DNA of 54,411 bases from Phoronis australis (lineage: Eukaryota; Animalia; Phoronida), in assembly GCA_002633005.1 (NCBI GenBank), contig NMRA01000138.1, forward strand, positions 746,767 to 801,177. Reading direction: 5' to 3'. The stretch's first letter is position 1, and the number at the start of each line of letters is the position of its first letter. The translations under genes and the position numbers were made by a program. The notes under the pieces are model-generated. The model saw only the letters and a list, made by a program, of their open reading frames with translations. It searched no databases and had not been told where the DNA came from. Of the stretch, positions 1-12,463 are shown piece after piece.

Positions 1-1164
1 TTTTATTAAAACAAATTGATTGTGGTACATTTTGGCCTTTTGGTAGGAAATTATAAGCTGCCTCATGGCGGCGAATCACAATATACCCTTTGTAAATTCT
101 TGCGCTCTGCTCGTACACAAGGTGGTAAATTTTTATATTAATAAAAACTTTATTTTCTGGCCTAGAAAGAAAATTCAAAGTTCTAAAATGCTTAGATTTT
201 TGCGAGGATTTCGGTTAGGCAGGTAGATTTTTAAAATAAACTTTCTTTTTTTGCCAATAGTCGACAGGCACGTAGTTTTATGGCATAATGAGGTGTCATT
301 AAAGGATTACGTACGTGACCAAGCAGCCCAGGCAGCTGGACTGAATTCAATGGGCTATTGTGATCGCATTAGCAAACTCCAACCGTCGGACGAAGGCCGT
401 CCGACGGTCAATTTTCAGCTGGAAAGGGTTCCTCATGGTGCCGTAATGAGTGCAGTAGGCATGTGGGGAGTAGTCTCTTTCTTCACCTACAGGAGGATGT
501 ATTTGGCTTCATGTAAACTAGAACAGTCAGCTCTCTGACTGCATTGACTTCCATATTTGGAAACTCACTGATTGATTTGGTTTACCTGTTATTGTTCACT
601 TCTACATTGATTGAAAATGAAGCTATAAAAATTAATTTAAACATATTAATTTGTTTGTTATATGTTAATATGAAGTACTACATAGTGACATATATCCCAT
701 CAGCGGTATAATACGAAAACAATGTACAACCCGTAGGACAATCGCAACAAAGTATGCATCAGTGTAGCACACAAACAATTGTGTAGTGTTACCTCATCGG
801 TGTTCTGTTGTGATTGAGCAACATCAAAAATAAAATTAATAGTTGAGTTGACCAGTCTATACCCGTGTTAAGAGGACCCCTTTTCTTCTTATCTACATGA
901 CCTCACCTTTTACAAAGAATTACGAGTCAGACTGGATTTTTCTTGATCAGGTCTAGAATGGGAACTAGTCTAGGGGTGAGGGGCAGGAAGACTGGTGGAA
1001 AAATAAAGGCTGTAGTCTTTTCTAATAGATAAGTCCTCTTTATTCTGACTTGCCATCATTAAATTTCTTGCGTGTCAAGATGAGTTTAAACTTAAACGTT
1101 GAGTGTTCAATGAAAAGTTATGTCTTTCAGCCTGCTAACTATGGTCTGTTTGTTACATTTACAG

Positions 1165-1269
1165 CCTGCTGATGCCAGTGTCATGTTCACACGACTTGAC
1201 TCAGACAGGAATGCTAAGGCTCTGAAGAAGGCAGTTCTTGATGACCGGCTTGAACCTGATAAATACAAG
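1165..1269 (+). CDS. FAM186-like exon (PADASVMFTRLDSD...DKYK)
   Basis: tttacag| ... AAG|gtatg; 105 nt, phase 0-0, open. Confidence 0.85.
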
Positions 1270-4200
1270 GTATGCCCATTTGAAGCTTAAAATTACAAGG
1301 TCTACTTAGATTGGAAACTTAGGCAAAGCAATGCTGGGTAGCAAGCATTTTTAATTTTGTGCAATGTCCTTTCTATAATGTTACTATTGCCGTACGTCAG
1401 TGGGAGTTTCAGCTTTTTTGTAAAAGATTTCAGACAATAAAAGTAAGTATTGTTAAATTGAAATTATGAACAATGCTGGGCGTTTGTTGTTGATGAATTT
1501 AAGTTAGCCCAATTTCATTTTGTTCTCAGGGGTAAGTGTTTCCAACAACATCATTAATACCTGTACACTGATGAGTTTTGTTATTTTTAAACATTGCAAT
1601 CCCAATAAATGCCCCAAGTTGTAAACAATGTTTTGTATGCGGTTCTATGATTTGAAAATTATCAACTAAGTTTTAGTGCTCAGAAATCTGGTAATTAAAT
1701 ATTCATGAACTATCCTCTGAAGTTGAGATATTTCTCCTTCCATTTAAGTTTACCCTGGTTAATTCCCTTGTAGGAAGCTGTGGAGACCATGGAACAGTAT
1801 GTCAGTCTTCCAGCAAAGCGCTTTCAACAACTGGTGAAGAAGTACGTCCATCATTGTCAGATGAAAAAGATTGAAGGTATGTTGAAACTAGTGTGGCCTG
1901 CATGCTGTAGTCTGGTCACTTGAATGTGATGTGGGTTCAGAAAAGAAATGAAACTAGTCTATAAATTTTGACCACATTGCTTAAAACCAGGTAGGAAATA
2001 ACAGAACCTGAACAATTGTATTGTCAATGTTTAAATCTTGTGATATCACTTAATTCAGGTGACAGGATTATATTCAACATTGACTGTTCTTAGCTTGGAA
2101 GCACCGTTTAAAGCAGAATGAACGATTCACATTTCATACAAAACAAAACATATATCATTATTGGTTTTGTATTATAATCAATGCATGCATTAAGTTCATA
2201 GTTAGTAGGAGAACATCTCTAGCTAACAAAAAGGAATACATCAGATTTCAAGCAAAACTTCAAAAAAGAGCAAAGCCATTGATGTTTGTATCTGCTAATT
2301 TATCTTGAGGTCACCATCCATTGTCGATAACTAACACACATCTGCCAATGTGTTCCGCAATGTTTATATTGATTATTTCCACTAGAGGTAACTGGCTGGA
2401 CCAGTCTGCCTATGGGACATGTATTGATTCCTATTGATTCTGTATGTCATAGTTGTATGTGAGTTAAGATTTACCTTGCTAATAGGACTTTGTATTGACT
2501 GTTCATTAGACATATTGTCAAAGCATGAGGTAGGGCTATTTAAATCAGTTTGTTTCTGTTTGAGACCTGAAATTCTACAGGCAGTTATTTTATGGCCAGA
2601 GATTTAAAGGAAAACAAAGTTTGAACTGCATTTTGTTTCCACTGTTGCAGAAAATGTTCGAAATAGCAAGAGTTTGAATGAGGATGTTTTCCTTACTTTG
2701 GACCAAATGGAGGCTCTACAGAACGCGGTATGTTTAACTTCTCTTGATATGATTTACTGTTTTGCTTTAGTTGGTTGTGCTGTTTGTTGAAGCTTGACCA
2801 ATATTATCTTTGCCTGTTAAGTTTGAAATTCTAACTACCAACAATCAAAGAATGATGAATATAACTAGGCAGATGAGACCATAGTTGATTGTTGGTTTGT
2901 TACAGAGAGCACGGCGTTGGGCAGAAGAAATGGACGGTATGGGTGAACAGAGACTGAGACTGGCACACCAGTTGATGGAAACATTGGACAGTTTAGAGCA
3001 GGAGTCGGGCATATTCCTGGTCAAACCCATGTTCTCATATAGGGGGAGGTAGGTTGGTGCAAAATTGATGATTTAAAGCAGGAGTCAGGCATGTATTACT
3101 AGTTGAGACCGGGGGATGTAGGTGGTGGAGTAGAGATGGCTTAGATAAGAATTCCAGCATTTTTCTTGTCATGACCATTTTCTCGTATGGGGGGGGGGTA
3201 TTAGGAAGGTGCAGTACAAATACTTAAGGACACGAGTAATGCATATTTCTGGTTTTAGTATTGATTGCTAAGTGTTAATTTTTCTGGTCTATGTACAAGT
3301 TTATTTAATATTAGTTTACTGAAAAAGTGCTCTGTTATTGGTCAATTTTCGAGATGACTTTTGAGAACAGAAAGTAGACCCCAGGCCCTGGTCAAATCCA
3401 TGTTGTGTTTCAAGGACAGAGATTAGGTCGCAGGTGATGGACACGCCCACATTCTCATATAGAGGGACAGTGGTGCCGATAGTATGCTTCTTTATTGGTA
3501 ATAGGTAAAAAGCATTTATTTTTTGTTTTATGTTTCAGAGTTCACATGGACAAGTACATTGGCCGACTTAGTCCACGTAAGTTCCAGAAGGCTGCAAATA
3601 TTGCTCGCATAGGAGACCAGGGGGCACCAGTTCCCACACCGGCCATGAATAACTCACGTGCCTTTACTCAGGTAATTTTTTCTATCATTAGTAGGGACGT
3701 GCTGTGATTGCACAGCAAGGGCCAAGAGGCCTAACACTATAAGAAACAAGAAAGGACAACACTCTAACATGGCCCGTAGGTCGTCCAAATTGGCCCATAG
3801 ACTTAAGGCCATGTGAGTAAAGTAACCCATACTCGTGTTTTTATAAAATGATCCCTGCATTAGAAACACATTGTCTTTGAATTTTAAGGGATTTAGTTGC
3901 TAAATGTTTAAACTGTATTCTCACTTTATTTAGGCTGAACAAACAATTGGACTTTTTGTCGTGACTGAGCAACATTTTGTGATTATGTGATCTATAACGT
4001 TCAAATAAAGTCACTATGAATACATTCAAGATATGTAACTTTGGCTCAAATATCATTCAAATTTGGATTTATATTTAACAGTCTGTGACATTAATGGACT
4101 AAAGTTGTCTTTTTATCGTGCCTTCATTATTAATTAGGACTTTCTGTTGTAGACACAACGACCTGTATATGATGACTTTGAATTTGTCCCGTCACAGACA

Positions 4201-7200
4201 AAGGGAGACCCTGAAATTACAGGCACATCTGTCAATTGGGTTGGCAACCAAAGGCCTCCCGTGTGGAATGTAAGTTTTAGGAGAGACTTTATAGTCTTTT
4301 ATTTCCATGGAATGAACTTGTTGGAATGAACTTGTTGGAATGAACTTGTTGTAATGCACTTGTTGGAATGAACTTGTTGGAATGAACTTGTTGGAATGAA
4401 CTTGTTGGAATGAACTTGTTGTGTGAACCTCTGTGACATTCTTTCAATGAGTTTTTAACTATTCATTGTCAAGTATTGGATGAAGGAATATTTTCTAAAT
4501 CCTTAGTAACTGAAAATTTTAAGTTCATGCTTTAAGATGGCACTTATGCACTTATGACCAAAAGACCCCAAACTGTGGACAGCTTTTTGTTTGAACTGTA
4601 TAATATTACTTTTATGGTCTAAATGCAGAGAAGCTTTTCTCAGATTTTTGCTTTATCTTCAAGCAGATATCTGTTACTATAGTCTCTTTTGGTGACATTG
4701 TTGGTAACATTGTTGGTAACATTGTTGGTAACATTGTTGGTAACATTGTTGGTAACATTGTTTGTAACATTGTTAGTAACATTGTTGGTAACATTGTTGG
4801 TGGTCAATATCTCTGTAAGTCTGAGACTCTCTAATTGGCCCACGCGAAGAAAAAATGTTCAAACTGTTCAAAAGGCAAGAACCTGAAGAGAAATGGCCCG
4901 ATAATGATTTCCTATATAATTGAAATCAAATGAAGTTGCCTCAAACAATTTGAGTTTAAATAAGTGCTAACTAAGGGTCGCAATAAAAATAAACTACAAT
5001 CCTGATTACTTTATACAATACATGATACAATACATTGTACAACACACAACAACTTACAAGAAATAATTGGTCTGCATGTTGGGCCTGAAACATTGACCTT
5101 GTGATGTCCGTATCTCCTGTTATATGCATCAGTTACTAATTGATTTTGTTCAATCACTGAATTGCCTTTTGACAAATCAACTCTTTTTAAATTGAAGTGC
5201 AGTTGAAAACTATTGAGCAGGACTTTGTTTCTATAATTAACACCTGGTTGTTGCAAAAACCTGGTTGAAAACAAATGATTGACATAGATACCTGCAGTTT
5301 GTGTCGGGAACAATAATTGTTAAATTGAATGCAGCTTTTAATGAAGCTAATGACCACCCTTAATTTGTAAACAACCTCACTGAACCTCGTTGAACCTCAC
5401 TGAACCTCACTGAGCCTTACTGAACCCCACTGAACCTCACTGAATCTGCCTGTCATCTATGACTTTGGCCAGATATGTACAATGTTTTCATGGCACGTTA
5501 CAATATTTTTTGCATAATTTAATTTTAGATGAATGCATCATTGACAAAGCCATTACGTGGAGACAACTTGTTTTTACAAAGTCAGCTGCTGAATACCCCT
5601 CGTATTCTGGACCTGGATGTTAACAGAATGATGATTGGTCAGAACAATATCACGTGAGTAATCCATTTTCAGTGCCGCTTTGAAAATCATATGTCAATAA
5701 GACAGTCAGTTGTATTTTTTACCGTAAAGTTGTGTGTTGAAAAGCACATTTGCTGAAACTGACATGGCGTCTAGAATCATACAAAACTTTTTTCTATTGA
5801 AAAAAATTAATTTTTCATTCAAGTCACTTACTGCTATCAAACTGTTTCATTCTCAGATGAGAAGTGATACTTGGTCTTGTAAAGAATTGACAGTTTATAC
5901 AATCTGTGATAAGTCAACTTGTATGTCGGATATTAAAGAAACAATGTGCAGAGATTTGTTTCTAAGCCCAGAAATCAGATTTATTTCGACTAAGGAGCAG
6001 TCTGAGACCAAGTTTCATAGCAGTGAGCGGTCTAAATAAAAAATGTAGTTGGAGCTGGGCTTATAAGTGCTATTTTAGAAATCAATTTAGGTTGTGATAA
6101 AAATATGTTGATAACAGTCTTGACGTTGTAACTGTGTCTTGTAAAGTAGCAGGCCTGTTGGTTTACTGGTTTTGCGTTATATGTATCTTTCTTTAATCCT
6201 CATCAGACAATTTTATAGTTGAATTTTATTGCGTTATTTGTAATGTTAGGGCAAAGACATCTGCCAGTCTTTGTGATGATCGTCTGGTCAATGCTGCTAA
6301 CACCAACTTGAGATCATACATGACTGTGAACCGGCCATCTGTAAACAGGATACCCAACAAGAACTATGATAGACCAACCTCTGGTATGTCTGAATCATGA
6401 ATATAGACATAAACAATAAGTTTTGGTTCACTTGCCTCAATCCTTGAATATTCTTACACACATGATAAACAACTTTAAATTCATTGTTGGATCACTGAAT
6501 TTTCATAGGTATAGGCCTAACTATAATGCCATTGGTTCGTGAGTATTCATTGATGCAAACATGTATTTCTGATTAGTTAAAGTTGTCACCCAAATTCTGG
6601 AGCCCTTGCAGATCTCTAAATTAATATTCATGGATTTAGAATAACTTCTGTTTCACTAAGATCTTTGAATGCATTGCCATCATTTGCATCTGTGTGTGAA
6701 AATTTTATAAACCACTGCAGTTTTAAAAATTTCAAGTCTCCAACAACCTGGTTAAGTCAACTAGTAGAAATTTACTGTGTATAGTGTATTTGCATGAGAG
6801 AAAGGATTGAACTTTCTGTTTAAGTAGCTTCATTCAAGTTTTGTTTAATGGTATCCAAAATAAAGCAACTTGCTTCAAGTTGTTAGCCATCTAGCTAGCT
6901 GTGTGAAGACTATCCTCAAAATACAGCTAGGTACCACTGTGTGTTGAGCTCTGACAAACCCCGAAATTTCACTCAGCCCAGGTAGTTCTGCTCGTCACCT
7001 CGTCATGAACCTTATATCAGTATTATGTAGACCTAACTATTGGCAGGGGTGCATGCAAAATTTAGGAGTTATCCGACACTCACCTTGCCTGTTGAAAAAC
7101 AGTCTAACCAAAGTCATTTTCTTGCATAATTCTCCGCCTGTTGCTACATCTCTCAGGAGATGATGATAGCTTTGCAGCACCAAAATTTGTTCTGACATTC

Positions 7201-8973
7201 GGTTTGCTGTTATTAAAATACTAAAGACTTGTAAGTAAATGAAGTCAGTTCTGATAATTTGTTGTGACATGTTCGTAATCTTGTGAAAGAAGAACAATTG
7301 ATTGAAGAATCAGCGAAAATGGAAAATGGCCTATAATGTGACGCAATTTTTCATTGTGCCTAAAGCTAACGCAAAAGATCACTCCGCAACTTAAGCAGCA
7401 GAATAACTTTAGAACACCAATTTTCCAACACTGCTAAATAATTTAATTTGCTCAAGGAACAGTGTAATTTTTAATGACACTAATTTTGTGTCACATTTTA
7501 TGTGGCCATTTTTTACCCACATCGGCGCAAAGCTGTATATTTAGTATATATTCTTGTAACAATATTGTCTATTTAGTACTTGGCTCCTAACTGTATGAAA
7601 AATGTTGTTTCTGTTTATTCGCAGATATGGACACAAAGCAGCGAACGACGACACCTCTACACATACCCCACCCTCCCAGTGCTGACAGACATCACCTTAG
7701 GGGCAGGTCGTTTGATGAAGAGGCTGCAAAAACATTCAGTGGTACGCCTCCCTTACCTCCTATCACCCCAACCAATCACAGACCTCAGAGTACACCACTG
7801 CGGAGTAATACTGAACTGGGTAAGTTATTACACATACTGAAACAAACATACAAAGTGTGACAGTATATTCCCTTTGTCTTGCCGTCTACTCTTCCATCTG
7901 CCTAGTACATGTACACTCTCTGATGCAATAAGAGTTGAATTTTAGCGGGCATGTCAGAATGGATGACATTGTTATTTTTAGTAATTCATGACCAAGGTAA
8001 AAAATAGAAGTCTCAAACTATATTTCAAAGATATGCAATATAAAAATAAAATCTAAAACACGTCACACGACACTTGAGCATGCGCCTCTTTTATACTTAA
8101 TTAAATCATCCTTACTAGACATAGCCTGTTGTTGTCACTGACAGTAATGTATGTTGAAAAGTATCAAATCGGTTACATCAATATGGATGACTCATGTTTT
8201 ATTTTTAATTATGAATTAGTAAAGGATAAATGCCAAAAATGGTACAAAAATACGCAAAACCCTCATAAGTCAGACACGCGTAAGTCACACATGCATACGT
8301 CAGACATGCGTAAGTCAGATTTTCACTTTACTCTGACACAGTTCCTTAATGCATTTGCTCAAGTTATTACACTTTGCTCTTCAGTTAAGTGGAATGTTGC
8401 CTTACTCTCTCGGTCTGACTCAATGCTACATATTGCGAGTTTTACTGTTTGATTCCATAACAAGCACCAGCGACACTAATCACTCACATGTAAACAGAAT
8501 TTAATGTATAGTTACGGTGGGTTAATGCTTAAGTATCTTCACATTTTGTATTTGCTCACACAAGCGATACGTTGCGGAGTGATAGCTGCATTGTTTTGCC
8601 CTTGGTTTCTAAATCTACATCTATCCTAAATAGGTATAGTGCTCATTGAAGTTGATGCATATTGATGATTTGATTGTTTTCTGACTGTTGAAGTAGTAGA
8701 TACTGTTTATGCATTTAAAATTTGAAATTGCTTTCTTAAAATGTAATTTTCTAATGCTGTTTACTTCCTGTACTACCAACTGCTGTTACACCGACCATAT
8801 GTCACACTTTTTCAGATCTTCCGCTACCTCCGCGCAGCCCTCCTGGCTCATCTCTGCGACAGTCTCCTCCCCCAGAGAACGTGTACACCCCTCAGCCAGT
8901 AGTGAAGGACACAACAAACATGTCATCTCATCCCAGTAACCTGGATCTGACAAATAATGATGAAGAACAATGA
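1165..8973 (+). CDS. 3' part of a multi-exon gene, probable FAM186A/B-like protein (helical C-terminal domain plus Pro/Ser-rich tail); 5' end outside window
   Basis: Ten GT-AG exons join with compatible phases into 429 aa + TGA: 1165-1269, 1774-1876, 2651-2727, 2906-3048, 3539-3671, 4153-4269, 5529-5653, 6250-6383, 7625-7819, 8816-8973. RFQQLVKKYV...LDQMEALQNARARRW...LEQESGIFLVKP resembles my recollection of the FAM186 C-terminal domain. Gene structure is solid; the family call is moderate. Confidence 0.7.
1774..1876 (+). CDS. FAM186-like exon (EAVETMEQY...KKIE)
   Basis: ttgtag| ... GAAG|gtatg; 103 nt, phase 0-1. Confidence 0.88.
2651..2727 (+). CDS. FAM186-like exon (ENVRNSK...LQNA)
   Basis: ttgcag| ... 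GCG|gtatg; 77 nt, phase 1-0. Confidence 0.88.
2906..3048 (+). CDS. FAM186-like exon (RARRWAEE...PMFSYRG)
   Basis: ttacag| ... GAG|gtagg; 143 nt, phase 0-2. Confidence 0.88.
3539..3671 (+). CDS. FAM186-like exon (VHMDKYIG...AFTQ)
   Basis: tttcag| ... CAG|gtaat; 133 nt, phase 2-0; within ORF 3495-3707. Confidence 0.85.
4153..4269 (+). CDS. FAM186-like exon (TQRPVYDD...PVWN)
   Basis: ttgtag| ... AAT|gtaag; 117 nt, phase 0-0. Confidence 0.82.
4308..4421. repeat. 14-bp tandem repeat (TGGAATGAACTTGT)n
   Basis: About 8 near-perfect copies. Confidence 0.95.
4689..4800. repeat. 12-bp tandem repeat (TTGGTAACATTG)n
   Basis: About 9 copies; explains the repetitive ORFs at 4612-4886. Confidence 0.95.
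5375..5445. repeat. 10-bp tandem repeat (ACTGAACCTC)n
   Basis: About 7 imperfect copies. Confidence 0.9.
5529..5653 (+). CDS. FAM186-like exon (MNASLTK...TPRILDLDVNRMMIGQNNI)
   Basis: ttttag| ... CAC|gtgag; 125 nt, phase 0-2. Confidence 0.85.
6250..6383 (+). CDS. FAM186-like exon (AKTSASL...LRSYMTVNRP...RPTS)
   Basis: tgttag| ... TCTG|gtatg; 134 nt, phase 2-1. Confidence 0.82.
7625..7819 (+). CDS. FAM186-like exon (DMDTKQR...PPLPPI...NTEL)
   Basis: tcgcag| ... CTGG|gtaag; 195 nt, phase 1-1; within ORF 7627-7860. Confidence 0.82.
8816..8973 (+). CDS. FAM186-like terminal coding exon (DLPLPPRSPP...NNDEEQ*)
   Basis: ttttcag|; phase 1; TGA at 8971-8973; AATAAA downstream at 9062. Confidence 0.8.
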
Positions 8974-9574
8974 TTCCCATTGGTGACAGTGGAAGGGGTG
9001 CTCATTTGCGTGAAAGACTGTTAACTTGACAGGTCACGTCAGACCCCAAGTCATATAATACAATAAATTGGGGTACATTCACTGAGGACTAATGCATGAA
9101 TGAGAATAATTTGATCACATTCCTATAAGCAGAAACTGGCATAACTTCTATTGGATCCTAATGTTTCTACACCAGCTTTTTAGTGACACAGATGGCTTCT
9201 AAATGCTTGCCATGGCATATGCCCGTCCGCAAACTAAAATTATGACCACCACTTTATTCTGAGGTAATTGTAATCATTCAGAATTTTTAGTTGATCAATC
9301 ATGGATTCATTAGAACTGTAGAATTCTCATTGATAAGGAATAGTGATCGCGTAGTACCCAAGTGAAAATTAGTGCAGCATTCTTGTCGATGTTCCTTCAA
9401 AGTATTGCAAAATGTTATCAACTTTCTTGTAGGCACTCAGTTTGGGTCAACCTGTGTAGAGATATGATATATTGCCCAACCAAGGTGAAATCTGGCTAGT
9501 TCTTAACATATTTAATTTTTGTTGGTAAGGTAATTAGTTCGTCACTCTTTAACCTATACTGTATTCTAACCAAT

Positions 9575-9856
9575 TTCGTGACAATCTGTACTGTGGTTGA
9601 TACAACCTCAGTCAACCTTCATGTAAATCACCAATAAGTGGTTGTAACATATTTCTGAATGCTGCTGATTGAAAAACTGTGATATTGGGTGTAAATAGAG
9701 ATAAAGTAATTTAAAATATTAATACAGATATGATTTTGGACATGTGTATTTCTATGTTGTTATGGACGTGTACTTGTATAATGACTGTTGCCATGATAAA
9801 AGACATTTATTTAATATGAAAGCTTTCATTTACAATTTTGCACTAAACTAATACTA
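9575..9856. repeat. Copy 1 of a ~280-bp dispersed direct repeat (others at 26127-26402 and ~23402-23625)
   Basis: GACAATCTGTACTGTGGTTGATACAACCTCAGTC...CTAATACTA aligns with 26127-26402 at roughly 90%+ identity. Confidence 0.92.
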
Positions 9857-10097
9857 TCCAGTAAAATTTAGCAAAAACGTACATCCATAGAAAAGCAATG
9901 ATGTCAATAGCATTATCAAATTTTGTTTGATTTGCTCAAGATGAAATCTCAAAAATACTGTTACACCAGTTTTCTAAAATATCATTTCGTTTTGTTTCAA
10001 ACAATTTTTAATTTTTTTATCATAAAAGTTCTCATGCATGGAACATTTTAAGAACAATTAATTCTTGATGGCGGTTTGAAGAATTGCACACAAAGCA

Positions 10098-10162
10098 TAG
10101 TATGTGAAACATAGTATGTGAAACGTAGTTTGTGAAACGTAGTATGTGAAACAGTATGTGAA
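10098..10162. repeat. ~14-bp tandem repeat (AGTATGTGAAACRT)n
   Basis: About 5 copies. Confidence 0.85.
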
Positions 10163-10317
10163 AGTTTCAGATGGATGGTATTAGTCATTTCTAAGATACG
10201 ATGCTTCCAAGTCATTTTAGTCAAATTTTCACATCTTTAAGGTGCTACATAACCTCAAGTTTTGTCCGGTTTCATAAAACGGAACCCAAGAGGTGCACAA
10301 AAATTCTAAGCTTATAG

Positions 10318-10400
10318 TTAAAGCTCCATTTTGCCCTGTTTAGCTGGCTAAAATGAAAATCAAATTAGGCCTTTAAATGCCCTAAAACCGATTTCCTACC
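10318..10400. mobile_element. Left end of the TTAA-AGCTGCATTT MITE family (Kolobok-like)
   Basis: TTAAAGCTCCATTTTGCCCTGTTTAGCTGGCT...TTAGGCCTTT matches termini at 15391, 35837 and 52640; no right end found. Confidence 0.55.
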
Positions 10401-12076
10401 ATGAGAAACCGTACGGCAATTTAATTCTCATGTGGCACATTATCTAATACTATCGGATGTATTACATCCATTTTCAACAAATTACACAACTTCTTATTAG
10501 TTTCTTCCTGTTACGACACCAATAACTTCATAATGTTTCTGATGTTTGTTTTTCTTATAATTTACAAGTCTTTTAAACATTTTATTAGTCTTTGGAGACG
10601 AGATCGCCGAAAATACTAGTTGCGAAGATTATTGAGCGCTTTTAGTCATTGGGGATTCTACGCCAACGCAAGTAAAAGTCGCCGTGTCCTACCGTTTTCA
10701 AGCCTATCGCAAGCGTTTTTTTCTTCGGGAATTGTGACTGGATCCTAATTATGTCCCAGTAGCTCAGTACCTTCGTTGACAGATTACTTTCCTTAACAGA
10801 CTACTATCTGTACTAAGTCATATCTTTGAAGAGATTGCTCGAAACTAAACTTTATGCAACGACCACTGAAATGACTACCATTCGTTTACTTTTTACCGCA
10901 ATTCCAGAACAAAAGAAATGTATTTTTCTCTACCTTTTTGGGAAAATGAATGTCATCTTTTGCCCACCTTTTCTGTTTTGGAAGGTCTATTTTTGTTAAG
11001 AAATTCGTGAAAGGTGAAAGGTCAGTAGTATTTTTAAAGTGAACTTGAAATACGTTTTAAATCTAAAGTAATGGTCTTTTGACAAACTAGACGCTGCGAA
11101 ATGGTGTAGGAGTTGCACATATATTTTCAAAGAAAAAAGGTTAAAATGAATCGAACGCTGGTTGCGACCGTGGCGGAGCTCACGGAAGGTCATTGAGAGA
11201 CGATCGACAGATTTTCCAGGGAGATGGTTGGTCGTGACGATCATTGAAAGATCACTCAGGCGAATCTTGCCTTTTTTATCTCTTGATATCCTCGCGATAT
11301 CTCGCCATTTATGTAAATGTTGATGTTGGTGATTCAACGTGAAGCGAACAAAATCGGGGAAATAATAACTCGATCATTAAAAATTTAGCTACATAATGAC
11401 CTAAAACATCGGTATAAAGTGAGGACATCGTACGGGCATCAGCTAAGGGCAAACAATCAAGTCTACCATGTTCACTCTCTCTCGCCAACATTATTCCCTG
11501 TCGTGCCCTTACCTGTACCTGTTAACTTTCAAAACTCGGATCAGAAGAGACCAGCCGAAAAAGCATGGTCCTCCTGAAGTGGGCCCATAGATTTGAGACT
11601 CTGCGAGCCAATTGCCCTATAGCTACTTTTGTTCTACTAAAATCAGGATTCCGGCCTTTCTACTCTTCTTTCAAACAATCGTTTTGGCATAGGACTATGG
11701 AAGGCGTTCCATATAGGACAAGAGGAACCTCTCACATTCTGTGACGTTTTTGGTTACGTCTTATTCAGCAGATACTTTTGTCAGGATTTGAAGCACCGTA
11801 GCCATGGCCTAGACACACTGTTAGAAGAAACATGTAGTGTATTAGGGGTCGCTCGAAGTCGCGCAACGCAGCACGATGGAAACCCTGGATGCGTGAAAAC
11901 GGGCAGTACATCGCGGACTAATGCCCGATTGGAGAAACCCCCTTATAGCGTCACCTCACGACGAATCAATTGGATGTGACACCACACAGCTTCTGATGAA
12001 TCACTTGGACACATCCGTCACCTGCGATGACTTGCACGTACGCTAATGTGACACATTCGTCAAGCTTGGTCCGAGA

Positions 12077-12463
12077 TACCGGGAAACCGAGGAAACACCC
12101 ATGGGCGTTTATTTGGTGTTGCAACCTGTGATGTCAATTTACCAGACAGTGAAACGTTTATTTGGAACTTTTCCTCTTAACAGCTCACTCAGCGTCAACT
12201 TTTTGTCACAAACTCAGCTTTGTGGAGCATTTATCATTTATAAAAACGAACAAGGCGTTGGCGAACTATGGCATTTATTAACTTAAAATTTAAAAACGCA
12301 ATTTTTAGTAAAACAGTGTCAATTCATCAAAACTACGGCTTTCCGTTTACACTTCCCCATTTCCGAACAAACGCCCGGGCGTTTATTTGGTGTTGCTAAA
12401 GCGCCTGAAACGTTTCATTTTCCGAATACACGCCCATGGGCTTATCTACGGAAATTCCTGGTA
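12077..12463. mobile_element. Non-autonomous DNA transposon (MITE), Tc1/mariner (Tc2-like), TA-flanked
   Basis: Imperfect TIRs TACCGGGAAACC...CCCATGGGCGTTTATTTGG / CCGAATACACGCCCATGGG...TTCCTGGTA; internal repeat of GGGCGTTTATTTGGTGTTGC. Confidence 0.6.

Noticed and set aside
251-538. 95-aa + strand ORF as an upstream exon
   Set aside because: No suitable donor before its stop and no recognisable similarity
4612-4886. Repetitive ORFs (MLPT/NVTN/VTLL)
   Set aside because: Translations of an intronic 12-bp tandem repeat
11513-11740. Minus-strand segment ending in a strong CAG|GTAAGG donor with faint transposon-protein flavour
   Set aside because: Stops in the candidate frames and no recognisable motif
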